From a bacterium (GTDB lineage Bacteria > Hydrothermota > UBA3073 > JACQXS01): a stretch of 61,437 bases of DNA. Location of the stretch: positions 1-61,437 of the forward strand of contig JAUVIV010000001.1 of NCBI GenBank assembly GCA_030592575.1, in the 5' to 3' direction. The position numbers were made by a program, and so were the translations under genes. The notes under the pieces are model-generated. The model was not told where the DNA came from. It did not search any database and worked only from the letters and a program-made list of their open reading frames with translations. Shown piece by piece: positions 9,578 to 18,136 of the stretch; within the stretch, counting starts at the first letter, position 1; each line of letters begins with the position of its first letter.

Positions 9578-9791
9578 GAAAGCATTAAAGAGAATTGAGG
9601 ATATTGTGGAAGCTCTTGAGCAGGGAGATGTTTCTTTGGACGATTCATTGAAGCTTTTCGAAGAAGGACAGTCTTTACTTAAGTTCTGTCGCGAGAAGCT
9701 TACGAAAGTAGAGAAAAAGGTAAAAGTGCTTATTCATACGGAAAAAGGGGAGCTTAAACTAAAAGACGCACAAATAAAAGAGAAAGAATAA
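9561..9791 (+). CDS. xseB: exodeoxyribonuclease VII small subunit
   Basis: 76 aa. FEKALKRIEDIVEALEQGDVSLDDSLKLFEEG. Overlaps the xseA 3' end. Confidence 0.85.
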   Translation: MQMKFEKALKRIEDIVEALEQGDVSLDDSLKLFEEGQSLLKFCREKLTKVEKKVKVLIHTEKGELKLKDAQIKEKE

Positions 9792-9828
9792 TTTTCAAAT
9801 AAGTTGGGTTAACAAAAATAATTTTATT

Positions 9829-11736
9829 ATGGATAAAATGAAATATAAACATTTAAATAATATAGAATCTCCTAAAGACATTAAATCTTTATCTATTAAA
9901 GAACTACAGGAGCTTGCCATAGAGATTCGCGAGGAGTTAATAGATATTGTTTCTAAAACCGGTGGGCATATCGGTCCTTCGCTCGGTGTGGTGGAGCTTA
10001 CCCTTGCTCTCCATCGGATTTTTGATACTCCGAAAGATAAAATAATCTGGGATGTAGGACATCAGGCGTATGTTCATAAACTCCTGACAGGCAGGCGAAA
10101 GAAAATGCATACTTTGCGTAAACACGGTGGTATAGCTGGTTTTCCAAAACGAGAAGAGAGCGAACACGATGCGTTTGGGACAGGGCATGCAGGTACTGCA
10201 ATCTCCGCTGCTCTGGGAATGGCGTCGGCGAGAGATTTAAATAAGAAAAAATTCAAGGTAATAGCTGTAATTGGAGATGGAGCTTTAACCTCTGGAGAAT
10301 CTTATGAGGGGCTTAATCAGGTGGGATTTGTGCGAGAGGATATGATAGTTGTTCTGAACGATAATCAAAGGTCTATATCGGAAAATGTTGGGGGGCTTGC
10401 GCATTACTTAAATCGTATCGTTACAACTCCTGTTTATACTTATCTCAAATCAGATGTCTGGGATCTTCTCGGTAAACTTCCGGGAGATATTAGCAAGAAG
10501 GTAAAGGATGTTACCAAAAGATTAAAAGAGGGGTTGAAAAATTTCGTTGTTCCTACCATTTTTTTTGAGGAACTTGGAATTAGATATATTGGACCACTTG
10601 ACGGACACAACATCCAAACGCTTATAGAAAATCTTGAATATGTACAAAGCTTAAAAGAGCCGGTGCTTATTCATATAATAACGGAAAAGGGCAGAGGGTA
10701 TAAGCCTGCCTTACAAGAGCCCGCAAGGTTTCATGGGCTGGCAGCATTTGATAAAATTACGGGTAAATCTTTAAAAAAGAGTGAAGTCCCCACTTATAGT
10801 GATGTTTTTGGGGAAACAATGATTGAGCTTGCTCGGAAAGATGAGCGTGTGATAGCAATAACAGCTGCTATGCCTGATGGGACAGGACTTAATAAATTCA
10901 GAGAAGAATTTCCCGATAGACTTTTTGACGTAGGAATAGCCGAGCAACATGCGGTTACTTTTGCGGCAGGACTTGCACTTGAAGGATTAAGACCAGTTTG
11001 TGCGATATACTCTACTTTTTTGCAACGTGGATTTGACCAGGTTTTGCATGATGTTTGTATTCAACGAATACCTGTTGTTTTTGCAATAGACAGAGCGGGA
11101 ATAGTTGGTGCAGATGGACCAACTCATCAAGGGGCATTTGATTTATCTTTTTTGAGATGCATCCCGAATCTTGTAATTGCCGCACCAAAGGACGCTGCGG
11201 AATTCAGGAGTATGTTATATACTGCAATAAATTACACCAAAGGACCTGTTGCAATAAGATATCCGAGAACTAATATCCCGGATGTAGGGGCTGTTCGCAA
11301 ACCATTCTTACCTGTTGGTAGGGGCAGACCCAAGTGTCTGCCCATTGGAAAAGCAGAAGTATTAAGAAAAGGAAAAAAAGGAGTGATTTTAGCTATTGGC
11401 TCGATGGTATCTGTGGCGATGGAAGTTGCCGAGGAACTGGATTTAGGAGTTGTAAATGCAAGGTTTGTAAAGCCGTTGGATGAGAAGTTGCTCAAAAAGA
11501 TTGTAGGGACGCACCGCAATACACTCAAAATAATAACCCTTGAGGAAAACACGATTAACGGGGGCTTTGGCTCAGCAATCTTGGAGTTCTTTAGTAGTCA
11601 GGGAATTCAGGTGAATTTACTTATGATTGGCTTACCTGACAAATTCATAGAACACGGCTCTCGTGATATATTACTTGAAAAATATGGCTTAACTTCCTCC
11701 AAGATAACGCAAAGGATAAAGAAGTTTTTTGGGTAG
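9829..11736 (+). CDS. dxs: 1-deoxy-D-xylulose-5-phosphate synthase
   Basis: 635 aa. GGHIGPSLGVVELT, DVGHQAYVHKLLTGR and GDGALTSG (TPP) motifs. Confidence 0.95.
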   Translation: MDKMKYKHLNNIESPKDIKSLSIKELQELAIEIREELIDIVSKTGGHIGPSLGVVELTLALHRIFDTPKDKIIWDVGHQAYVHKLLTGRRKKMHTLRKHGGIAGFPKREESEHDAFGTGHAGTAISAALGMASARDLNKKKFKVIAVIGDGALTSGESYEGLNQVGFVREDMIVVLNDNQRSISENVGGLAHYLNRIVTTPVYTYLKSDVWDLLGKLPGDISKKVKDVTKRLKEGLKNFVVPTIFFEELGIRYIGPLDGHNIQTLIENLEYVQSLKEPVLIHIITEKGRGYKPALQEPARFHGLAAFDKITGKSLKKSEVPTYSDVFGETMIELARKDERVIAITAAMPDGTGLNKFREEFPDRLFDVGIAEQHAVTFAAGLALEGLRPVCAIYSTFLQRGFDQVLHDVCIQRIPVVFAIDRAGIVGADGPTHQGAFDLSFLRCIPNLVIAAPKDAAEFRSMLYTAINYTKGPVAIRYPRTNIPDVGAVRKPFLPVGRGRPKCLPIGKAEVLRKGKKGVILAIGSMVSVAMEVAEELDLGVVNARFVKPLDEKLLKKIVGTHRNTLKIITLEENTINGGFGSAILEFFSSQGIQVNLLMIGLPDKFIEHGSRDILLEKYGLTSSKITQRIKKFFG

Positions 11737-11766
11737 CGTCGAGGGTTGTTCTCGGCAAAAGAAAAG

Positions 11767-11785
11767 GTGGGGGATAAACTCCCAC
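11767..11785 (+). terminator. possible intrinsic terminator after dxs
   Basis: GTGGGGG-ATAAA-CTCCCAC hairpin (7 bp including one G-U) followed by TTT. Confidence 0.3.
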
Positions 11786-11869
11786 TTTACAAAAAATGAA
11801 GGATTTGCTGAGGGGTAAACCCTGCTGCGATAGAGTGCGGTAGAAGAAAAAAAGAGGAGATATGAGTAT

Positions 11870-11937
11870 CTCAAATAGCATTGGTAAGCAATTTTCGTAA
11901 TTTTACAGCTTAAGTAGAAATGCTGACATAAACTTTG
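11870..11937 (+). repeat. upstream repeat A, copy 1 (precedes TPR module 1)
   Basis: CTCAAATAGCATTGGTAAGCAATTTTCGTAATTTTACAGCTT... matches 13153-13219 with few mismatches. Confidence 0.85.
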
Positions 11938-11948
11938 CAGAGAAAGAG

Positions 11949-12167
11949 ATGTGGAAAAATATTCTAATGATTGCTGGAGGAATTGGGGGAATATTTGGCG
12001 TGTTTGGATTTGTTTCGTTTATCAGAACAGAAGTAAGTATAAAGAGGTTAAAAAGAAGGTTGCAGAAATCAGAAGAAGAAAATAATACACTAAAAAAATA
12101 CCTTCCGAAAAGGATAAATATGGAAAGAAAAGACTTTATAGAATGGTTAGAAAAAGATAAAATATAA
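11949..12167 (+). CDS. small membrane-anchored protein (1 TM, charged coiled tail)
   Basis: 72 aa. Hydrophobic ILMIAGGIGGIFGVFGFVSFI, then a K/E-rich tail. Confidence 0.45.
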   Translation: MWKNILMIAGGIGGIFGVFGFVSFIRTEVSIKRLKRRLQKSEEENNTLKKYLPKRINMERKDFIEWLEKDKI

Positions 12168-12176
12168 TTGAAATAA

Positions 12177-13046
12177 ATGGAAGAATTTTTTTATCCTCTC
12201 ATTGGTATTGCTGCTGGACTGTTAATTGTTTTGTTGGCTCGGGTGCGGATGCGACTGATAAAAAATGAGGAAGAGAGATTGAAGCGGATGGAGGAAAAGT
12301 CGGAAAAAATGGAGGCTTATCTTGATGGTATTCCATCGTTGCCTCCAGATAATCCGATAAGAAAGGGATTTGATGACGGTATTCGGGCAATGGATGAGTA
12401 TAAATGGAATGAGGCAATTGGAATTTTTCGCAACCTATTACCTAATACTGAAGGAGAACAAAAAGGAACACTTCTTAACTTTATTGGGCTATGTTTTTAT
12501 CAGCAGGATAAATTAGATAAGGCACTTGGGCACTATCAAGAGTCATTGAAACTGGCAGAAGAAATTCAGGATAAAGAAGGCAGGGTCGTTAACCTGAATA
12601 ATATAGGAATGGTTTATGCTCAGAAGGGTGACTATGATGCTGCGATTCGTGATTATACGAAAGCGATTGAGATTGATCCAAACAATGCCGATACTTTTAG
12701 CAATCGTGGCGCTGCTTATTATACCGAGAAGGACTATGATACTGCGATTCGGGATTTTGACAAGGCAATAGAGCTTGACTCAGAGCTTGCCAGAGCTTTT
12801 TACAATCGTGGCAATGCTTATGCTGATAAGAAGGATTATGATACTGCGATTCGGGATTTCAATAAGGTAATAGAGCTTAACCCAAACTATGCCATAGCGA
12901 TGGCAAATATGGGAGATGCTTATAAACTGAAGGTGGATAAGGATAAGGCGAGAGAGTGGTATAGGAAAGCATTGGAAAAGAAAGAATATTTGCCTGATGG
13001 CGGAGAAGAAATAGTCAGGCAACGGCTTAAAGAACTTGGAGAGTGA
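12177..13046 (+). CDS. membrane-anchored tetratricopeptide (TPR) repeat protein
   Basis: N-terminal TM. Repeated DYDTAIRDFxKAIELxP TPR units. Confidence 0.85.
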   Translation: MEEFFYPLIGIAAGLLIVLLARVRMRLIKNEEERLKRMEEKSEKMEAYLDGIPSLPPDNPIRKGFDDGIRAMDEYKWNEAIGIFRNLLPNTEGEQKGTLLNFIGLCFYQQDKLDKALGHYQESLKLAEEIQDKEGRVVNLNNIGMVYAQKGDYDAAIRDYTKAIEIDPNNADTFSNRGAAYYTEKDYDTAIRDFDKAIELDSELARAFYNRGNAYADKKDYDTAIRDFNKVIELNPNYAIAMANMGDAYKLKVDKDKAREWYRKALEKKEYLPDGGEEIVRQRLKELGE

Positions 13047-13152
13047 GAAATGAGTTATAGAGTTATGGTTTGTGGAGCTCAGCATGAAAGATATTAGCGT
13101 CAGCGTGAAAGATAGAGGATTCCAAAAAGAAAGAGGGGGTATGGGTAATTGC

Positions 13153-13219
13153 CTCAAATAGCATTAGTAAGCAATTTTCGGAATTTTACAGCTTGATTAG
13201 AGATGCTGGCATGAACTTG
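13153..13219 (+). repeat. upstream repeat A, copy 2 (precedes TPR module 2)
   Basis: Near-identical to 11870-11937. Confidence 0.85.
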
Positions 13220-13231
13220 TAATTGAAAGAA

Positions 13232-14113
13232 ATGATTGAATTATATCAAAATAATCCTTTGGCATTCTGGATAGCAGGTCTTGTTATTGCATTTCTCATG
13301 TGTTGGTTTTTTTGGTGGTTACCCAAGAGGAAAAGGGAAGCCCAGAAGCAAACGCAAGAACAAAATCAATCACAAACTCAAAAACAGGAACAACATGTCT
13401 ATGTCAGTCCTTCAATTTCTCCTGAGGATAAAAAGGAAATTGCAAAAGAAGTAATAGAAGGAGTTAAGACATACCTTAAGACATATCTTGGTGATTGGGC
13501 AAACAGGTCTTCTGATGAGTCTAGGAAACAGACTTTTGATGATGGTATTTTTGAGATGGATAAGAAAGAATGGAATAAGGCGATTGAGATTTTCCGTAGG
13601 CTATTGCCGGAAGCGGAGGATAGTTATAAGGGATCATTGCTTAATCAGATTGGACTATGCTTTTATAATCAGAGTAAGTTTGACCAGGCACTTGGGTATT
13701 ATAAGGAGTCGTTAGAACTCGCGGAAGAAATTCAGGACAAAGAGGGAATAGTTGCTAACTTAAATAATATGGGTTTGATATATGATGATAAGGAGAACTA
13801 CGATATTGCAATTCGTGATTATACTAAGATAATAGAGATTGACCCAAACGATGCCATAGCTTTTAACAATCGTGGAGCTGTTTACGATGGTAAAGGGGAC
13901 TATGATACTGCAATTCGGGATTATAATAAGGCAATAGAGCTTAACCCAAAGCTTGCCGAGACGATGGCAAATATGGGAATTGCTTATGAGGAAAAAGGGG
14001 ATAAGAAGAGTGCGAGATTATGGTACGAGAAGGCGATTGAGAAGAAAGAATATTTGCCAGATGGTGGAGAAAAAGTTAGGCGATGGATTAAGAGCTTGAA
14101 GAGTAAAAAATGA
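13232..14113 (+). CDS. membrane-anchored TPR repeat protein, paralog of 12177-13046
   Basis: N-terminal TM and a Q-rich linker. TPR units nearly identical to the neighbour. The ORF also opens at TTG 13223. Confidence 0.85.
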   Translation: MIELYQNNPLAFWIAGLVIAFLMCWFFWWLPKRKREAQKQTQEQNQSQTQKQEQHVYVSPSISPEDKKEIAKEVIEGVKTYLKTYLGDWANRSSDESRKQTFDDGIFEMDKKEWNKAIEIFRRLLPEAEDSYKGSLLNQIGLCFYNQSKFDQALGYYKESLELAEEIQDKEGIVANLNNMGLIYDDKENYDIAIRDYTKIIEIDPNDAIAFNNRGAVYDGKGDYDTAIRDYNKAIELNPKLAETMANMGIAYEEKGDKKSARLWYEKAIEKKEYLPDGGEKVRRWIKSLKSKK

Positions 14114-14219
14114 GTTATAGAGTTGTGGAGAGTTCAGCATAAAAGATATGGAGTGCAAGTTTCTACCCAGCTTTAAAAACCCTGCGCTAAAGTGCGGTAG
14201 AAGAAAGAGAGAGACAAAG

Positions 14220-14429
14220 ATGGATAGAATAACCAAAGAGATGACGGTTGAGGAGGTTCTTGAGAGATATTCGGATACAGTGAAAGTATTTATGGATTTG
14301 AGTATTCCTTGTCTTGTATGCGGAGAACCGTTATGGGGGACTATTGAAGAAACCGCTCAAAGATACAATGTTAAGCTGGATGTTTTGCTTGAGGAACTTA
14401 ACAAAGTTTTGAACAATAAACATAAATAA
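14220..14429 (+). CDS. DUF1858-like small redox/disulfide domain protein
   Basis: TVEEVLERYSDTVKVFMDLSIPCLVCGEPLWGTIEE. Start taken at MDRITKEM because upstream codons lie in a dispersed repeat. Confidence 0.65.
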   Translation: MDRITKEMTVEEVLERYSDTVKVFMDLSIPCLVCGEPLWGTIEETAQRYNVKLDVLLEELNKVLNNKHK

Positions 14430-14441
14430 GGTATAGACTAT

Positions 14442-14550
14442 GAATCGCAGGGATTTTTATGAAGAAAGAATAGTACACAGATTATCTTCTATCAAGGCTG
14501 TGTAAATCTATTTTATCTGTGAATATCTGTGTGCGAGTTTCTAAGTAGAT
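14442..14550. repeat. intergenic CAC(A/G)A(A/G) palindromic repeat element
   Basis: ACACAGATT on one arm, and CTGTGTAAATC and ATCTGTGAATATCTGTGTGCGAG on the other. Confidence 0.6.
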
Positions 14551-14580
14551 ATTCTAATAGGCAAAAAACGAACAAGATAA

Positions 14581-15075
14581 ATGAACGGAAAGATTAAATA
14601 TTGTCCGATATGTAGCATTCTTCTTGAGAAAAGAAATATGGAGGAACGGCTAAGGCTTGTTTGTCCGAAATGCGAGTGGGTAAATTATGAAAATCCTATT
14701 CCGGCAGTAGTTATGTTTCTAAAAAACCAAAACAATGAAATTCTACTTATAAAAAGAAATGTAGAACCGGAAAAAGGAAAGTGGGCTCTTCCTTCAGGGT
14801 TTATAGAGGTGGATGAAACTACTGAGGATGCGGCAATAAGAGAGTTAAAGGAAGAGACCAATATAAAAGGTGGAATAAAAAAACTTATCGGGGTTTATAT
14901 TGAGCATCCTGCAATTTATAAGAGTGTTTTGGTAATTGGTTATGAGGTTGAATTTATTAGTGGTTCTCTTCTGGCAGGCTCAGATTGCAGTGGAGCGAAA
15001 TTTTTTTCATCTGATGAGCTTCCTCCTATTCCATTTTCATCACATCGGAAAATAATCAAAGATAGGTTAAAATAA
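14581..15075 (+). CDS. NUDIX hydrolase with N-terminal zinc ribbon
   Basis: CPICS...CPKC ribbon. Nudix box GFIEVDETTEDAAIRELKEETN. Confidence 0.85.
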   Translation: MNGKIKYCPICSILLEKRNMEERLRLVCPKCEWVNYENPIPAVVMFLKNQNNEILLIKRNVEPEKGKWALPSGFIEVDETTEDAAIRELKEETNIKGGIKKLIGVYIEHPAIYKSVLVIGYEVEFISGSLLAGSDCSGAKFFSSDELPPIPFSSHRKIIKDRLK

Positions 15076-15106
15076 TAGCTACGGAATGATATACATTATA
15101 AATATT

Positions 15107-15200
15107 AACCACAAAGACACAGAGACTCAAAGGACACAAAGATTTTACGAAAGAATTCTTTGCTTTTTTTGTGGCTTTTTGTGAGTTTCTGTAGCGGATG
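15107..15200. repeat. intergenic CAC(A/G)A(A/G) palindromic repeat element
   Basis: AACCACAAAGACACAGAGAC..GGACACAAAG, central palindrome AAAGAATTCTTT, then TTTGTGGCTTTTTGTGAG. Confidence 0.7.
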
Positions 15201-15206
15201 TATAAT
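15179..15206 (+). promoter_or_regulatory. promoter TTGTGA-N16-TATAAT, 5 nt before ATG 15212
   Basis: Read directly. The -35 lies inside the right arm of the repeat element. Confidence 0.5.
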
Positions 15207-15211
15207 CTAAA

Positions 15212-16171
15212 ATGAAATATATTTACGGACCAGTACCTTCTCGGAGACTTGGATTCTCGTTGGGTGTTGATCTTGTCCCATACAAGACTTGTCCTTTTGA
15301 TTGTATATATTGTCAGTTGGGAAAGACGACTAACAAGACGGTAACTCGGAAAGAATATTCTACAAAAGAGAAAATATTAAGAGATGTAGCAGAAACTCTT
15401 GCAGCTTCCCAACCTCTACATTGTGGAGGCAAAGGACGAGCTACGGATAAAAAAATTGATTATATTACACTTGCGGGTTCCGGTGAGCCGACGCTAAATT
15501 CCGGAATTGGATGGCTTATAAAAGAAATCAAAAAAATTACCCAAACCTCAATCGCAGTTCTTACCAATGGTTCTTTGCTATGGGATAAATCGTTAAGGCA
15601 AGAGTTATTGCTTGCTGACCTTGTAGTTCCTTCTCTGGATGCGGTTACAGAGAATGTATTTAAATCTATAAATTGCCCACATCAATCTCTTGATATAAAT
15701 AAGATTATAAAAGGACTAAAAGAATTTCGTAAAGAATTCAAAAATACGATATGGCTTGAAATAATGCTTGTCAAAGGAGTAAATGACAGCAAAGAAGAAA
15801 TTGAGAAGTTCAAAAATTTGATTTCAGAAATTCGTCCGGATAAAGTACATTTAAATACTGTAGTTCGTCCGCCAACTGATAAATCCGCTCATCCACTCTC
15901 TATTGAAAAATTAGAAGAAATAAGAGATTTTTTTGGTGAAAATTGTGAAGTAATCGCCGAATTCAAACGAGAAAAACAAGCCGATTTTTCCGAAGATATT
16001 GAACAAGCAATTATTGAGCTTATAAAGAGACGTCCTGTTACCTTGTCTGATATTAATAACTCTCTGGGTATACACAGGAATGAACTGATAAAATATCTTG
16101 AATCATCGGAGAAATCTAACAGGATAAAAAAAACTAATTATGAAGGCGTAACGTATTACGAATATAAATAA
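15212..16171 (+). CDS. radical SAM protein with C-terminal winged-helix-like domain
   Basis: GPVPSRRLGFSLGVDL and CPFDCIYCQLG cluster motif. C-terminal ...LIKRRPVTLSDINNSLGIHRNELIKYLE. Confidence 0.8.
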   Translation: MKYIYGPVPSRRLGFSLGVDLVPYKTCPFDCIYCQLGKTTNKTVTRKEYSTKEKILRDVAETLAASQPLHCGGKGRATDKKIDYITLAGSGEPTLNSGIGWLIKEIKKITQTSIAVLTNGSLLWDKSLRQELLLADLVVPSLDAVTENVFKSINCPHQSLDINKIIKGLKEFRKEFKNTIWLEIMLVKGVNDSKEEIEKFKNLISEIRPDKVHLNTVVRPPTDKSAHPLSIEKLEEIRDFFGENCEVIAEFKREKQADFSEDIEQAIIELIKRRPVTLSDINNSLGIHRNELIKYLESSEKSNRIKKTNYEGVTYYEYK

Positions 16172-16247
16172 AATCTATATTTTGTTTTTATAATATTGTT
16201 TTCCATTGTTTGAGCAATAGAGTATTTCCTCTTATGTTTGTTAAAAA

Positions 16248-18065
16248 GTGATTTTCCTTTTAGTTGTTTTGCTCGTGTCTCAGGAATTTGAGGCTTCTCT
16301 GGGGAATGAGGCATTGATAGATGAACTCGGTGAGTTAGAACAACATCCAATTCAAATCAACAAAGCAAAGAAAGAAGATTTTTTGAGAATATACTGGATT
16401 TCTCCGAATCTTGCAAAGTCCATTGTAAAGACGAGAAAGAAAATTAAGAAATTCAAGAAAGTAGAGGACTTGAGCAAAGTTTCGGGAATGACAGATGAAA
16501 TTTTAGAACTCATTAAACCATATATTACTGTAGAAACACCTTTTATAGCTACTCAAACAAAGAAACAGAAATCGCCTCTACAAATGGAATTCAGAGCAAG
16601 ATTTAAAGAAGCTTTTCCTTCTGTGTCGGGAAAGCTTGGCGATCCAAGAAAGGCATACGAGAGGCTTAAATTGAGATATAAAAAGCTTTCAAGTGTGATG
16701 CTTCTGGAAAAGGATTACTACGAAGAAAGCTATGGAGATTTTATTGCAGGAGGAATATCGCTTCAACTAAATGAGAGGTTTCCAATGTTTGTGCTTGGCG
16801 ACTATAGTCTTGAATTCGGAGAAAAGCTTTTGTTCGGGTACCCACCGCCAATTACTTTTAAAACCCAGGGAATGATTAAATCACGAGAAAGAGGAATTAA
16901 ACTATATACTAATTCCGGAGAGAATACTTATTTACGTGGATTATCTTTAGAATCAAAAATAACCAAACAGATTAAGAATTTTTTCTTTTATTCTAATGTT
17001 TTGCTTGATGGCAAAATTGAGGACGGAGAAGTTTTTGTTTATTATGATTATGAGGGGAATCATTCTACATCTTTTGGGTTAGCCAAGAAAAATAAGATAC
17101 GCGAGAAACTTTTCGGCACAAGGGTTGAATGGGATGGAGCTATGAAGATTGGACTTACAGGATACAAGAACTCGTATTTTTTGTATTCGGGAGAAATTAT
17201 AGAATCGGTTCGTGAATCACTTCTAAAACATAAGCTTTTCGGAATTGATTTTTCATACGAGAATGACGGTAAAAGCACGTCATTGTATGTCCCTACATTG
17301 TTTGGCGAGATTGGAAGATGTGATACAAGTTGGGCTTGGGTTGCAGGAATTGAATACAAAAGGAAAAGATTAAATGTAGGAGCACTATCAAGATATTACC
17401 CAACGCATTTTTATCTTTTTCATTCCACCCCCTGGTCTGATAGGTCTGTTATAACAGGCGGGATTTCGGAAAAAGGAAATTATTTATATATGGGATATAA
17501 GGTTTCAAAAAATACAAAATTTTCAGGATATTTTGATGTCTTTACTCGTTTACCAAGAGTCTATTCTCAAGAACTTCCGGAACAAGGACTTAAATATTGC
17601 GGTGAGATAGAACGCAAGTTCACAAAGCTTTTCAGTGCTACAGGTAGATATTCTTTTAAATCTCTTGGAGTCACTCAAAGTAAGCAATTTAGATTACAAG
17701 CAGATATGAGGATTAAAAATATTAATATGCGAGTTCGGGGAGAAAAAATTTACGAGACTGATGGTAGGGAAGGCGAACTTTTATATGGAGATATTAATTG
17801 TAAGTTTTTTAAAAAATTTAGCGTGTCAACAAGACTTATTTTGTTTGATTCAAACCTTTCTAAATTCAAGCTTTATGAATACGAAAGAGACTTGCCCGGA
17901 CTTATGACAAATCAGGTTATAGCAGGCAAAGGTTCAAGAGCTTATATTGTTCTCAACGACCGTATTAGTTCAAATTGTAAGCTTGGTTTAAAATATGAGA
18001 TAAACTCAAAGTTTAGAGAATCCCCTGTTCAAAAATATGGCATTCAACTTGATTTGGAAATATAG
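16248..18065 (+). CDS. ComEA-like helix-hairpin-helix domain fused to a large predicted beta-barrel/outer-membrane domain
   Basis: N-terminal HhH (INKAKKEDFLRIYWISPNLAKSIV...VSGMTDEIL). About 480 aa of alternating beta-strand-like sequence. GTG start. Confidence 0.55.
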   Translation: MIFLLVVLLVSQEFEASLGNEALIDELGELEQHPIQINKAKKEDFLRIYWISPNLAKSIVKTRKKIKKFKKVEDLSKVSGMTDEILELIKPYITVETPFIATQTKKQKSPLQMEFRARFKEAFPSVSGKLGDPRKAYERLKLRYKKLSSVMLLEKDYYEESYGDFIAGGISLQLNERFPMFVLGDYSLEFGEKLLFGYPPPITFKTQGMIKSRERGIKLYTNSGENTYLRGLSLESKITKQIKNFFFYSNVLLDGKIEDGEVFVYYDYEGNHSTSFGLAKKNKIREKLFGTRVEWDGAMKIGLTGYKNSYFLYSGEIIESVRESLLKHKLFGIDFSYENDGKSTSLYVPTLFGEIGRCDTSWAWVAGIEYKRKRLNVGALSRYYPTHFYLFHSTPWSDRSVITGGISEKGNYLYMGYKVSKNTKFSGYFDVFTRLPRVYSQELPEQGLKYCGEIERKFTKLFSATGRYSFKSLGVTQSKQFRLQADMRIKNINMRVRGEKIYETDGREGELLYGDINCKFFKKFSVSTRLILFDSNLSKFKLYEYERDLPGLMTNQVIAGKGSRAYIVLNDRISSNCKLGLKYEINSKFRESPVQKYGIQLDLEI

Positions 18066-18136
18066 ATAAGTCTGTTTATTATTTCTCCTTGACAAAACGA
18101 AGATTTTGACGCACATACTATGTAATGGAGGTGATT

